This document shows positions 40,674-49,286 of a stretch of DNA of 64,000 nucleotides, one piece after another. Below the pieces are notes generated by a model. That model searched no databases and was not told the DNA's origin. It saw only the letters and a list, made by a program, of their open reading frames with translations. Every line of letters begins with the position of its first letter. Position 1 is the first letter of the stretch. Source of the stretch: an uncultured virus (IMG/VR IMGVR_UViG_3300025098_000016) (Duplodnaviria; Heunggongvirae; Uroviricota; Caudoviricetes); the IMG/VR virus record IMGVR_UViG_3300025098_000016, one strand, 5' to 3'. The position numbers and the translations under genes were made by a program.

Positions 40674-41699
40674 TTAAATAAGGTTAGCCCAAGAACCGTT
40701 TTCATAGCCTTGGAATTTATTATCTGAAGTATTATAGATAACCATACCATTTGCGGCTGTAAGTGCATCACGTTGTGTAGTTGTTAATGAACCAAATTGT
40801 ACAAAGCCAGTTGCTTTAGCATTACCTAAAACTTCTAATGCTTCAGTTGGCTCAGAAAAGTCTGAGTTTGCAGGTTCAATTTTTACTTTTAATCCACCAA
40901 ATACCTGATGAGAATTATAAAGTGATACGCCAGTCAATCCAGTATCATTATGACTCATGTAAGTATTATTAACACGAGTTTGCATAACAAATTTTTGTTG
41001 TCCGTCGACTCTAGTAACTAATGTGCTTGCAGGATCTGATCCTGGAGGTGCACCTACTCCCTGAGTGTCAAAGCCAAATTCAAGTCTTGCTGTTGTACCA
41101 ATATTGCCTGTTCCGTTAACAAACAGTCCGCTTGTACCTACAGTTACTTTATCTGTATCTACGTTACCTGTAATTTTGCTGTTATTACTATCAATCAATA
41201 CAGTTGAATCGTCTGCAAAAACAGAGCCTACCATATCACCTACAACTGAACCAAAGTGTGTACCTGTTGTATTACCAACTACGTTACCTGTTACAGACCC
41301 AGTTACATCTCCTGTTAAGTTACCAACTACGTTAGTTGCTGTTACTGAACTAGATACTACTGGTCCTACAATTTTTCCGTTTATAGCATCAACTAGGAGC
41401 GTTGAGTCATCACCATAAATGTTACCACGTATATCAATTTGTGGATTGTCAGTTGCGGCCCATTGTGTGCCGTTGTATACAAGGATTTGATCGTTCTGTG
41501 CGGCTAACGCTTGTACGTTACCTAAATCTTCTAAATTCTGTGTTGATACAGATACTGGAGTACCACCTGTTGTGGCTCCGTCTCCAACAAATACTTCTTT
41601 GCTGTCTGTTGTGTAAACAAGTTCACCTTCAGCTGGTACATAACCTGGACTGGTTTGTAGTGCTGTTTTAGTGCCTCGTTTGATTCGTAAAGTACCCAT
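40674..41699 (-). CDS. Tail fibre/receptor-binding-like virion protein
   Basis: N-terminal LRIKRGT..AEGELVYTTD.KEVFVGDG (Mtd/hyaluronidase-N-like), GxxxG repeats, C-terminal TTTQRDAL...GMVIYN...FQGY..GSW. Confidence 0.7.
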   Translation of the reverse strand: MGTLRIKRGTKTALQTSPGYVPAEGELVYTTDSKEVFVGDGATTGGTPVSVSTQNLEDLGNVQALAAQNDQILVYNGTQWAATDNPQIDIRGNIYGDDSTLLVDAINGKIVGPVVSSSVTATNVVGNLTGDVTGSVTGNVVGNTTGTHFGSVVGDMVGSVFADDSTVLIDSNNSKITGNVDTDKVTVGTSGLFVNGTGNIGTTARLEFGFDTQGVGAPPGSDPASTLVTRVDGQQKFVMQTRVNNTYMSHNDTGLTGVSLYNSHQVFGGLKVKIEPANSDFSEPTEALEVLGNAKATGFVQFGSLTTTQRDALTAANGMVIYNTSDNKFQGYENGSWANLI

Positions 41700-41734
41700 G
41701 TAATGCTCCTAATTCATTGTTACATGTATTTATA
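41697..41734 (-). promoter_or_regulatory. Late promoter TATAAATA plus 7-bp hairpin containing start codon
   Basis: TATAAATA (41734-41727); inverted repeat at 41720-26/41697-703 (CATGTAA/TTACATG), loop contains AGGAG. Confidence 0.65.
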
Positions 41735-41751
41735 TCAAAACTACGATATCT

Positions 41752-42066
41752 CTACTTTTTCTTTTTAGTAGGATTCTTTAAAAATGCTCTAGTTTGCTTT
41801 TGAACATCGCGTTTTACCTTTGTTGTATTTAATCTAAAGTCAACATGCACAATTTCATCGCCGTATTCGTTAAACAAATCGGCGATAGTATCGTCTAAAT
41901 TTGCGCCTGTACTACGTTTAGCATTACAATCAATCTCCCAAATTTTACCTTCTTTAAATTCAATGCGTATTGAATGCAGGTAGTCAATAGGTATAGTCTG
42001 TATATCTATATCTCTAAAAACTTCGGGCCAATGTTTGATTACATCATCAGGTAGCGGCTTTGGCAC
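41752..42066 (-). CDS. Hypothetical protein
   Basis: ORF in - strand operon; start uncertain (GTG 42066 minimises overlap). Confidence 0.5.
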   Translation of the reverse strand: MPKPLPDDVIKHWPEVFRDIDIQTIPIDYLHSIRIEFKEGKIWEIDCNAKRSTGANLDDTIADLFNEYGDEIVHVDFRLNTTKVKRDVQKQTRAFLKNPTKKKK

Positions 42067-42706
42067 TTTTGGTCTTCTTTGTAGTAGGAACAAGCTCTTC
42101 TGCTTGTGCTCTAAGCGCCTTTGCTTCTTTATATAATCTATCCGCATCTGAACGATATTTTGCGGCTAGGTCTGCATCAGTTAGTACACCATCATTAGGT
42201 GCCTGTAACTTAGCAGTTTGTGACTCAGCTACCACTGCTGAATTTGCTGTTTTTGGCATTTCGTTAACGCTACCAGCTTCAGTAATTGTTGTACCTTCTG
42301 GAAGTTCGTTAGGATCTTTCATTGCCAAGTCAGCAATAGTAACACCCCTTTGATCTGCAATAATCTTGTTAAGTTCATCTAGACCAATTACAGTTGCAGT
42401 GTTTGGTGTCATTTCAATTTCACTCATAGGTAATGATTGTAATTTACCTGTGCTGTGAAATCTTGCTAACATATTAGCACCGTCACTTAATTGTGTTCTT
42501 GCCATTACTTCTGCAAACTCAAATGCTGTTTGAGATGAGTTACTTTCAACTGTCTTAATTAAGACATCGTGATCTTCATCTCTAAGTGTAGCAGTATCAA
42601 TTACTAAAGCATTTGCAGGAGGATTTTCTCCTGGAATAACTCTGTATGCTACTACAACTTTACGATTGTTTGTCTTAAGTCTGCCTACGTGTTTAATTTC
42701 GGCCAT
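42047..42706 (-). CDS. Hypothetical protein
   Basis: 219 aa, SD GGAG, TAATG coupling to the upstream gene. Confidence 0.6.
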   Translation of the reverse strand: MAEIKHVGRLKTNNRKVVVAYRVIPGENPPANALVIDTATLRDEDHDVLIKTVESNSSQTAFEFAEVMARTQLSDGANMLARFHSTGKLQSLPMSEIEMTPNTATVIGLDELNKIIADQRGVTIADLAMKDPNELPEGTTITEAGSVNEMPKTANSAVVAESQTAKLQAPNDGVLTDADLAAKYRSDADRLYKEAKALRAQAEELVPTTKKTKSAKAAT

Positions 42707-42999
42707 TATGCGTCTCCTTTAGGTGCTTCCGCTGGAGCAGTTCCTTCTTTGCCTGCTTTCGCTTCGTCTTCGGCTTTTTGAACTGTTTGTAGGAATGCAT
42801 CTAATTTATTAAATGTTTTTCCAACTGCTTCCATTTCGTTAGCTTTAAATGCGCCTCTTTGTGATGCGACATCAATGATTGATCTTAGTACTCCAAGATC
42901 TTGTACAGTAAGTTCAACTGGTGCTGTTGACACACCTGCTTGTGGTGCTTCACCTGCGGGTGCCGCTTGAGCTTCTGCTGTTTTTGTTTCTTCAGACAT
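42706..42999 (-). CDS. Hypothetical protein (A/E-rich), probably late-expressed
   Basis: SD AAGGAG; ATAAATA at 43037-43 upstream. Confidence 0.6.
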   Translation of the reverse strand: MSEETKTAEAQAAPAGEAPQAGVSTAPVELTVQDLGVLRSIIDVASQRGAFKANEMEAVGKTFNKLDAFLQTVQKAEDEAKAGKEGTAPAEAPKGDA

Positions 43000-43039
43000 A
43001 TTATTTACTCCTTGTATGTATTATATATGCACTTAATAT

Positions 43040-43321
43040 TTATTTGTACTTTAAAAGTGGACATGCTAAAACGAAATATGAAAGTTCTTTTGGATCCTCA
43101 AATCCTGCTCTAAGAACAGTTTCAATTTTATTCTCTTTAGTTAATCCTACTACCTTTTTTAGAAAGTATCTCTTTTTTAGATTAGAATTAATCCATTTAG
43201 AAATAGCAGTTTCAATGTTATAGGTATGTGGTAAGTCTATTGTAGCAAGATGTGAAGGCTCATAAGATAGCCTTCTTATCTCAAAAAAGTCTTGAGCTGT
43301 AACCTTATTTTTAACGATCAA
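43040..43321 (-). CDS. Hypothetical protein
   Basis: 93 aa, overlaps the stop of the vWA gene. Confidence 0.55.
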   Translation of the reverse strand: MIVKNKVTAQDFFEIRRLSYEPSHLATIDLPHTYNIETAISKWINSNLKKRYFLKKVVGLTKENKIETVLRAGFEDPKELSYFVLACPLLKYK

Positions 43322-44604
43322 CGTGCCTCCTCATAGTGGGCAGTTACACCAAATGGTGCTTTAGTATTCTTATCATGATGACCGTGTATAATGAATACAG
43401 TTTCACAGTAGTCTGCATCACCCCAGCTACCAAACGGATAACCATCTGTAAACATAATAAACTTCTTAGGCTCAATGCCGTGTTCTTTCATGTATTTCCA
43501 GTTAGCATCAAAGTCAGTACCACCGCCACCTTGTATATCGTAATCAAGCAAGTCATCACCGCCATCTGAACTAAAGTCTTGTTCATTGTAAACATCTGTA
43601 TCAAAAGTCCAAAGTTTAATATTATAATCTTTGTATTCTTCCATGATGCCTTTAATTTCACCTAAGAAATCTTTTGCTTGATGATCACCTATTGAACCAC
43701 TCATGTCAAGTCCAATAGCAACATCAATGGTATCCATAAAGTTCATACCTGGAAGTATTGCACCAGTATGCCATCCTTTACGTGAAGGACGACTAAATGT
43801 ATAATCGTTACGTATTGTAGATTGTATTTGCTGACGTAACAGTTCACGCCAGTTCATTTTAGGTTCTGTAAGTTCTTTAATAATACGTTGCACTTCTGCA
43901 GGAGTGTTACCAGCACCTGCGGCTTGTGCAGAACTTATCATGTTCTCTTTTATTTCATCACGTATTTTTTTAAGTTCATCTTTAGTATATGTAGGTCGGC
44001 CTTCGCCTTCTGCACCTTCTCCTTTACCCTTACCTTGATCTCCACCTTTAGGATCTTTCTCCCAATCAATATGTTCATCAAGTAAATCGCCAAGTGATTC
44101 TAAATACTCTTGTCCTTGTTGTTCTGCTTTTTCAAATAAGTCGTCGTATACTGCTTCACTCATCCAACCATCATATTTAAAGTCTTGATAGCATTGTACG
44201 ATCTTAACCATCTCACCAATACGGTCACGTACTAGTGTATTGTTTACGATGTAATCACATGCGATATTGTGTAGTACTGGAATACGATCTTCTCTACGTG
44301 TAATATGATCAAATACACAATGCAAAATTTCGTGTGCGATTACAAATTCTATTTCCTTATTGCTCATAGCATTAAAGAATTGTGTGTTATAATATAAATG
44401 TTTACCGTCTGTAGCGGCAGTAGGACACCAATCATCACAGTTTTTAACAATAAGCCTAGTAGCCATATTACCAAAGAAAGGATGTCTAAGTAGTAAACCA
44501 ACACGAGCAACGATAATTCTATCAGCTACGTCTACTCGCATTTCTGCAAGTTCTTCTGGTGTAATATCTGGATTAGGTTGAAAACCTTTTATATCTATGC
44601 CCAT
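43318..44604 (-). CDS. Metallopeptidase-like plus vWA domain protein (DUF2201-like)
   Basis: TAATDG, HEILH (HExxH), MIDAS DMSGS, GGGTDF, FTDG. Confidence 0.85.
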   Translation of the reverse strand: MGIDIKGFQPNPDITPEELAEMRVDVADRIIVARVGLLLRHPFFGNMATRLIVKNCDDWCPTAATDGKHLYYNTQFFNAMSNKEIEFVIAHEILHCVFDHITRREDRIPVLHNIACDYIVNNTLVRDRIGEMVKIVQCYQDFKYDGWMSEAVYDDLFEKAEQQGQEYLESLGDLLDEHIDWEKDPKGGDQGKGKGEGAEGEGRPTYTKDELKKIRDEIKENMISSAQAAGAGNTPAEVQRIIKELTEPKMNWRELLRQQIQSTIRNDYTFSRPSRKGWHTGAILPGMNFMDTIDVAIGLDMSGSIGDHQAKDFLGEIKGIMEEYKDYNIKLWTFDTDVYNEQDFSSDGGDDLLDYDIQGGGGTDFDANWKYMKEHGIEPKKFIMFTDGYPFGSWGDADYCETVFIIHGHHDKNTKAPFGVTAHYEEAR

Positions 44605-44638
44605 ATTGTGTACTCCTTGTGTGCCATTTTATACTTAT

Positions 44639-44667
44639 AGTATACAGTATTTAATACCATTTGTCAA
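44639..44667 (-). promoter_or_regulatory. sigma70-type promoter TTGACA-N17-TATACT
   Basis: -35 at 44667-62, -10 at 44644-39; TAAATA within the spacer (44653-48). Confidence 0.7.
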
Positions 44668-44677
44668 TAGTTTTGGT

Positions 44678-44716
44678 AAAATATTGGGCAAGGTCTTATG
44701 CATGCCTTGCCCAATA
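44678..44716 (-). terminator. Rho-independent terminator-like hairpin after the AAA ATPase
   Basis: 12-bp perfect stem TATTGGGCAAGG/CCTTGCCCAATA, 11-nt loop, followed by TTTT on the minus strand. Confidence 0.7.
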
Positions 44717-44728
44717 CTACCGTGCCTA

Positions 44729-45817
44729 TTAGGCACTCTGTGCGGCTTGGATATACTTACCAAAACGCTCATGGAACTCATCAAAACATTCTACTTCATC
44801 TGGGTCTATTGGAAGTGAATATTGTGTTAGAGCTAGTTTGATACCCATAACAACTAATTCAGTATCAAAGTTATCCATTGCAAAACGTAAAAAGTTATTT
44901 ACTTTGTTGTCAAACTTCTTATCGTTTTTATCGCAGGCGTCTTTAAGTTCATAGCAAAGTGAAACAGTCAAGGAATACATGGCACTGATTTCTTTAGTTT
45001 CACAATCCTTAACCTTACCTTCAAGTATGTCAGTAGGGTCAGGAAGTTTTGAAGCAACCTTACGATGCGCCATAAACTTAACGGCAAGTCCTTCGCCGAC
45101 AGAACCACTTACCAAATCGGTAGTGGTGTTCTCATCATCATCGTCTTCGATAAGCTCGGAAACAAATGACCAAGAACGAGGTGTAGCAAACGAACGACTT
45201 GGGCTCTTTGGATCAAAGTCATACAAGTCCTTCTTGCTAAATGTCAAGTAACCAACAACATCTTGGTGTATGTCGTGGTCTACTGCCCACTGGAACCAGT
45301 CATCAAAATCAACTGCTAGTTCTAAGTGAACAAATCTATTTGCTAACGGAGCAGGCATTCTGTACGTAACACCTTTGTCAGCATCTCTATTACCAGCCGC
45401 AACAATAAGAACATTGTCTGGCAGTTTGTATTGTCCAATACGTCTGTTAAGAATAAGTTGGTAAGCCGCCGCTTGTACAGCCGGAGCCGCAGAATTCATT
45501 TCGTCTAAGAACAATACGATATAATCGAATTGTTTTGCAAACTCTTCTGTTGGAAGTTCTTGTGGCGGTGCCCAAGCCATTACATTATCATTTGCTGAAT
45601 AGTATGGAATACCTTTAATATCTGTAGGTTCCCATAGTGACAAACGAATGTCAATTAAGTGTGAATTTTTTAGTTGTTGTGTAATTTGTCCAACGATATC
45701 AGACTTACCAATACCTGGAGGTCCCCACATAAACACAGGACGTTTTTTCTTGAAAGCTCGCATAATGCTTTTTTTAGCGCCATTGGGCGAAACAGTACGT
45801 AGTGCAGTATTTTCCAT
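44729..45817 (-). CDS. MoxR-type AAA+ ATPase
   Basis: Walker A GPPGIGKS, Walker B LFLDEMN, AAGN, LANRF, TPRSW; SD AGAGG before ATG 45817. Confidence 0.88.
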   Translation of the reverse strand: MENTALRTVSPNGAKKSIMRAFKKKRPVFMWGPPGIGKSDIVGQITQQLKNSHLIDIRLSLWEPTDIKGIPYYSANDNVMAWAPPQELPTEEFAKQFDYIVLFLDEMNSAAPAVQAAAYQLILNRRIGQYKLPDNVLIVAAGNRDADKGVTYRMPAPLANRFVHLELAVDFDDWFQWAVDHDIHQDVVGYLTFSKKDLYDFDPKSPSRSFATPRSWSFVSELIEDDDDENTTTDLVSGSVGEGLAVKFMAHRKVASKLPDPTDILEGKVKDCETKEISAMYSLTVSLCYELKDACDKNDKKFDNKVNNFLRFAMDNFDTELVVMGIKLALTQYSLPIDPDEVECFDEFHERFGKYIQAAQSA

Positions 45818-45873
45818 ATTATATTCCTCTTCTATTGTTATCAGTGCCATACTTTATTTCTAAGTATGTATAT

Positions 45874-45902
45874 ATAATACACTAAGTTATGCCAGAAGTC
45901 AA
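45874..45902 (-). promoter_or_regulatory. sigma70-type promoter TTGACT-N17-TATTAT
   Basis: Exact 17-nt spacing, upstream of the ATPase. Confidence 0.6.
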
Positions 45903-46081
45903 CCACTTTTGGACGTTTTTTACAATTTATTTTTTTCGTACCATTTAATAGAACCTATGCGACAGACACCTTAAATGTACGATTTTCACGTCTAAATGGC
46001 TCTTAAACTGCGTTTAACGTTTTTCTGGGGTGTTTGTATGTATTAGACTATAAGACCGTTATAAGAGCATTTAATGACGTT

Positions 46082-46462
46082 TTATTCGTGCCGTTTCATG
46101 GCCTTTGTAAGTCCGTACTTGCGTAAGTCACCACTAAAAAGATGTAATTCCATGCTCTTTTTTTCGTCTGTAACCCATATACTGTATGTGGTTAGATAGT
46201 AAGGGCATGTAATAAATTGGTCTAAAAATATGTAAGTTTGTGTCGTAAATTTGAAATCCCTAGGAAAAGGAATTTCATACATCTGTATATCTAATTTTTC
46301 TTGTAAAAAATCAAAGCCGTCTTCAGTAAGTCTTAGTCCGCCTGTTACTTTACCTCTGGTGTTTTGCCACCAGTCTGACATATACTGTTTAACATTGGCA
46401 TCGCTAATAGCAATGTCTGATTGCTTTAGAAAGACTTTAGTATATGTTTCTTTCCAGTTCAT
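46082..46462 (-). CDS. Hypothetical protein
   Basis: 126 aa, ATGA coupling. Confidence 0.6.
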   Translation of the reverse strand: MNWKETYTKVFLKQSDIAISDANVKQYMSDWWQNTRGKVTGGLRLTEDGFDFLQEKLDIQMYEIPFPRDFKFTTQTYIFLDQFITCPYYLTTYSIWVTDEKKSMELHLFSGDLRKYGLTKAMKRHE

Positions 46463-46749
46463 TCATCTGTAACCAGTTCACCTGAGGTAAGTTTATATAC
46501 TGCGAAGTCTTCACTTCTAAATAAATCGTTTAATTTTTTTGCTAGATTGTGTGCATGTCCTGGATTACTAAAGGATACTTTTTTATACTTTGGTCCAGGA
46601 TAGTTTGTTATTGCGTTTGATGTCTTTAGATTAAACGGAGCACCTTTAAAAAACACAGCCCAAATAGCTTCAGCCTGTAAAACTTGCTCGCACTTATAAG
46701 ATGCTTTGTCAACATTTTCTAAAATAATCGTTGGTTTTGGTCTACTCAT
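46459..46749 (-). CDS. Hypothetical protein, probably late-expressed
   Basis: 96 aa, SD AAGGA, late motif upstream. Confidence 0.6.
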   Translation of the reverse strand: MSRPKPTIILENVDKASYKCEQVLQAEAIWAVFFKGAPFNLKTSNAITNYPGPKYKKVSFSNPGHAHNLAKKLNDLFRSEDFAVYKLTSGELVTDE

Positions 46750-46785
46750 ATGCGTATCCTTTTAATTAACTACGCATATATTTAT
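46747..46785 (-). promoter_or_regulatory. Late motif ATAAATA plus 9-bp hairpin occluding start codon
   Basis: ATAAATA (46785-79); inverted repeat ATATGCGTA/TACGCATAT (46748-56/46771-79); loop holds SD AAGGA. Confidence 0.68.
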
Positions 46786-46814
46786 CTTTTTTTATTAGAA
46801 AACTACCACTATAA

Positions 46815-47057
46815 TTAGACGTCTTGTGTATTTCTATATTCTAATAGTATCTTTAATTGATTTTTATCAATACAAAATACGTGTTCAATTTTTTCCATTC
46901 GACCTTCGTAGTCTTGTATTAGTTTTTCAACTAGAGTTGGATAAAATTGAGGATCTGTTATACTACCTATACATTGATCTTCTGAATCAAATGTAGGTTT
47001 TGTAAAAATATACGGATCACCTTGATTAAAAAATAATACTAATATGAACCACTTCAT
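46815..47057 (-). CDS. Hypothetical protein
   Basis: 80 aa, hydrophobic N-terminus, two Cys. Confidence 0.5.
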   Translation of the reverse strand: MKWFILVLFFNQGDPYIFTKPTFDSEDQCIGSITDPQFYPTLVEKLIQDYEGRMEKIEHVFCIDKNQLKILLEYRNTQDV

Positions 47058-47302
47058 TTCCAGTCTCCACCGCCGTCCATAGTAACTGTTACAGGTTCAT
47101 CATCTGCACTAGATTTATTATCAATAATAAGTTTTTCTAGTCTTCCTTGATGATTTGCCATTACAGTTCCTAGGGCGTATACAAGTGCTTTGGCTTGTGC
47201 TAGTGGAATTCTGATTTCTTTTTGGTTAGTAGTTTCAGCAGTCTTTACAATTTGTATAAACTGTTGAATTGGTATAGTATTAATTGGTTCGTTTGTTTGC
47301 AT
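47054..47302 (-). CDS. Hypothetical protein
   Basis: 82 aa, coupled to neighbours. Confidence 0.5.
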   Translation of the reverse strand: MQTNEPINTIPIQQFIQIVKTAETTNQKEIRIPLAQAKALVYALGTVMANHQGRLEKLIIDNKSSADDEPVTVTMDGGGDWK

Positions 47303-47759
47303 CTGAAAGTTCCTGCCTCATTGTAAATTCAGTTTTGAAAGGACCTCTGTAATCATACTTTTCAAGTGTGACTAGTTTAGGACAAAAACTTCGGACCCAA
47401 CCCTTGTCAAAGTGAATAATGTAATATCCTGCCGCATACAAACTCTTAGACTTTTTACTTTTAGTAAAGAGCGGTAATTTCTTTTGTACATTATACATTA
47501 CATTGTAAGGTGTACTAGACGTTGAAAAACCGTGTATTTCTTTAGTAGCAGAACTACCGTCTGATATAGTTGCTTTATCGTAACTAATACCGCCAATAAA
47601 ACTATTAAAAGATTTAATATCAGTAAAGTAATCTGTTCCAGATGAACAACTATACATATATCTTTTGTCTTCTTGTTTTGATAGTGTACCAATACGTTCA
47701 CCATCTTTTTCTACAATCCAAAATTTGTTCTTTAGGATTGGTTTTGCCTTAAGTGTCAT
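47280..47759 (-). CDS. Hypothetical protein
   Basis: SD GGAGG before ATG 47759. Confidence 0.6.
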   Translation of the reverse strand: MTLKAKPILKNKFWIVEKDGERIGTLSKQEDKRYMYSCSSGTDYFTDIKSFNSFIGGISYDKATISDGSSATKEIHGFSTSSTPYNVMYNVQKKLPLFTKSKKSKSLYAAGYYIIHFDKGWVRSFCPKLVTLEKYDYRGPFKTEFTMRQELSDANKRTN

Positions 47760-47772
47760 TTTTGCCTCCATG

Positions 47773-48756
47773 TTATGAATACCTCGCATTGAGTGGATCA
47801 GCATATAACTGAACATTGTCTGCAATACGTTGCATATCGTGTTTAGCACAAAATTTCATTAAACGCATACCTACCTGTGTAACTTCTTTTGCAACCATGT
47901 TGTCTTCTATTACATCGTTAATAATACTTCTAATGTCGCTGGGTTGTGCAGTTAAATCACAAAGGACAACGTTACGTTGATAGTCATCAAGTACACGATG
48001 TTCTACACCTTCATGATCAGTCCAGCGTTGTAGCATCATGTTGTTCCAGTTGTAACCTTTGTTGTCTTTATCTTCAAATGCTTCAATAAGACCAACTTTG
48101 TTCTTAGTACCTTTTGTACGTACACCAGGGTAAGCACTGAACACATTATCACTTGTGTCACCACGCATACACTTTTCAAACAACATAAATTCTGGATTAG
48201 GAGCAGGCTTCGCCTCTTTAGTTTTCTTGTCAATAACAGGTTGCTTCTTCTTATCATCAAAGTAACCTTCATGTGAAATAATTGTATTACTAACACCATT
48301 GTACTGTGTTACATTGGGTGCAATAAGTTGTGCAAAGTCACCGTCAGTACTAATAATAACATGATTATCATTAGGATGTGCTTGTACCCAACCTGCAATA
48401 AGATCATCTGCTTCTAGTTGTGGATGTTGCATTACAGTACAGTTAGTCTTTGTACTTACAAAGTCTTTGAACTCATCAAACATCTCCCAAAACACTTTAT
48501 CTTCTTCAGCCTGCGATTCAGTAAGTGCATCACGTGCAACCTTTCTGTTACGCTTGTAAGGCTCGTAAAAGTCCTTACGCCAGCTACGTCCTTCTAAACA
48601 GAACACAACATGACTGCCGTCAAAGTCAGCCCATGCTTTCTTAATACTGCTTAGTGTAATATGAAAAGCCATGCCTATCTTTGTATCAAGATCACCACGT
48701 ATAACGTGTCTTGCACGGAAAAATGTATTAGCTGTGTCTACTAGAATGTATGTCAT
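47773..48756 (-). CDS. rnh: 5'-3' exonuclease / T4 RNase H-like (FEN family)
   Basis: LVD..N, YK.NR, LEADDLIA, STDGDF.QL, GDTSDNV..PGV. Confidence 0.85.
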   Translation of the reverse strand: MTYILVDTANTFFRARHVIRGDLDTKIGMAFHITLSSIKKAWADFDGSHVVFCLEGRSWRKDFYEPYKRNRKVARDALTESQAEEDKVFWEMFDEFKDFVSTKTNCTVMQHPQLEADDLIAGWVQAHPNDNHVIISTDGDFAQLIAPNVTQYNGVSNTIISHEGYFDDKKKQPVIDKKTKEAKPAPNPEFMLFEKCMRGDTSDNVFSAYPGVRTKGTKNKVGLIEAFEDKDNKGYNWNNMMLQRWTDHEGVEHRVLDDYQRNVVLCDLTAQPSDIRSIINDVIEDNMVAKEVTQVGMRLMKFCAKHDMQRIADNVQLYADPLNARYS

Positions 48757-48785
48757 TAGTTTGCCTTTGTAATTATTATAGTAGT

Positions 48786-48814
48786 ATTATAGCACCAGAT
48801 CTGGCTTTTGTCAA
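48786..48814 (-). promoter_or_regulatory. Consensus sigma70 promoter TTGACA-N17-TATAAT
   Basis: Perfect consensus upstream of the exonuclease. Confidence 0.8.
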
Positions 48815-48817
48815 GCA

Positions 48818-49201
48818 TTATTTAACTTCAGCTTTACCATTATCGTCTGCTTTACTAGTATTGATATACCCCATACCGCGATTAGGTTCTTGACCTTCTT
48901 CATCTAAAACTTGTGTAGCAATAGTTCTAAACCATTGATCTATAATCTGTTCTGGTTCTTCACCTTGATATCCTGCATCAATAAGTTGTTCAATAAACTC
49001 GTTATTCCAATCGAGCTCAAAGAACCCGTTCTTAATGTTATCTGGATTCACTTGTGTATCTAGTACTGCTACCCAAGGCTTTTTATCTTTAGTTGCTTGT
49101 GCTTTTTCTTTTTCAAGAATAGCTCTGCGTTCTTCTTCTGCAGAAAGTACTTTTACTTTTTCGGGTTTCATACCCAATGCTTTTTTTACTTTATCTAACA
49201 T
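48818..49201 (-). CDS. Hypothetical protein
   Basis: 127 aa ORF in operon. Confidence 0.6.
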   Translation of the reverse strand: MLDKVKKALGMKPEKVKVLSAEEERRAILEKEKAQATKDKKPWVAVLDTQVNPDNIKNGFFELDWNNEFIEQLIDAGYQGEEPEQIIDQWFRTIATQVLDEEGQEPNRGMGYINTSKADDNGKAEVK

Positions 49202-49286
49202 ATATCACCATCCTGCCTTTCTTATTTTATCTTCGTTAATAGGCGCCTTCATCGCCCTTTCGTGTTGCTTGTTCTTGTATTTTGCA

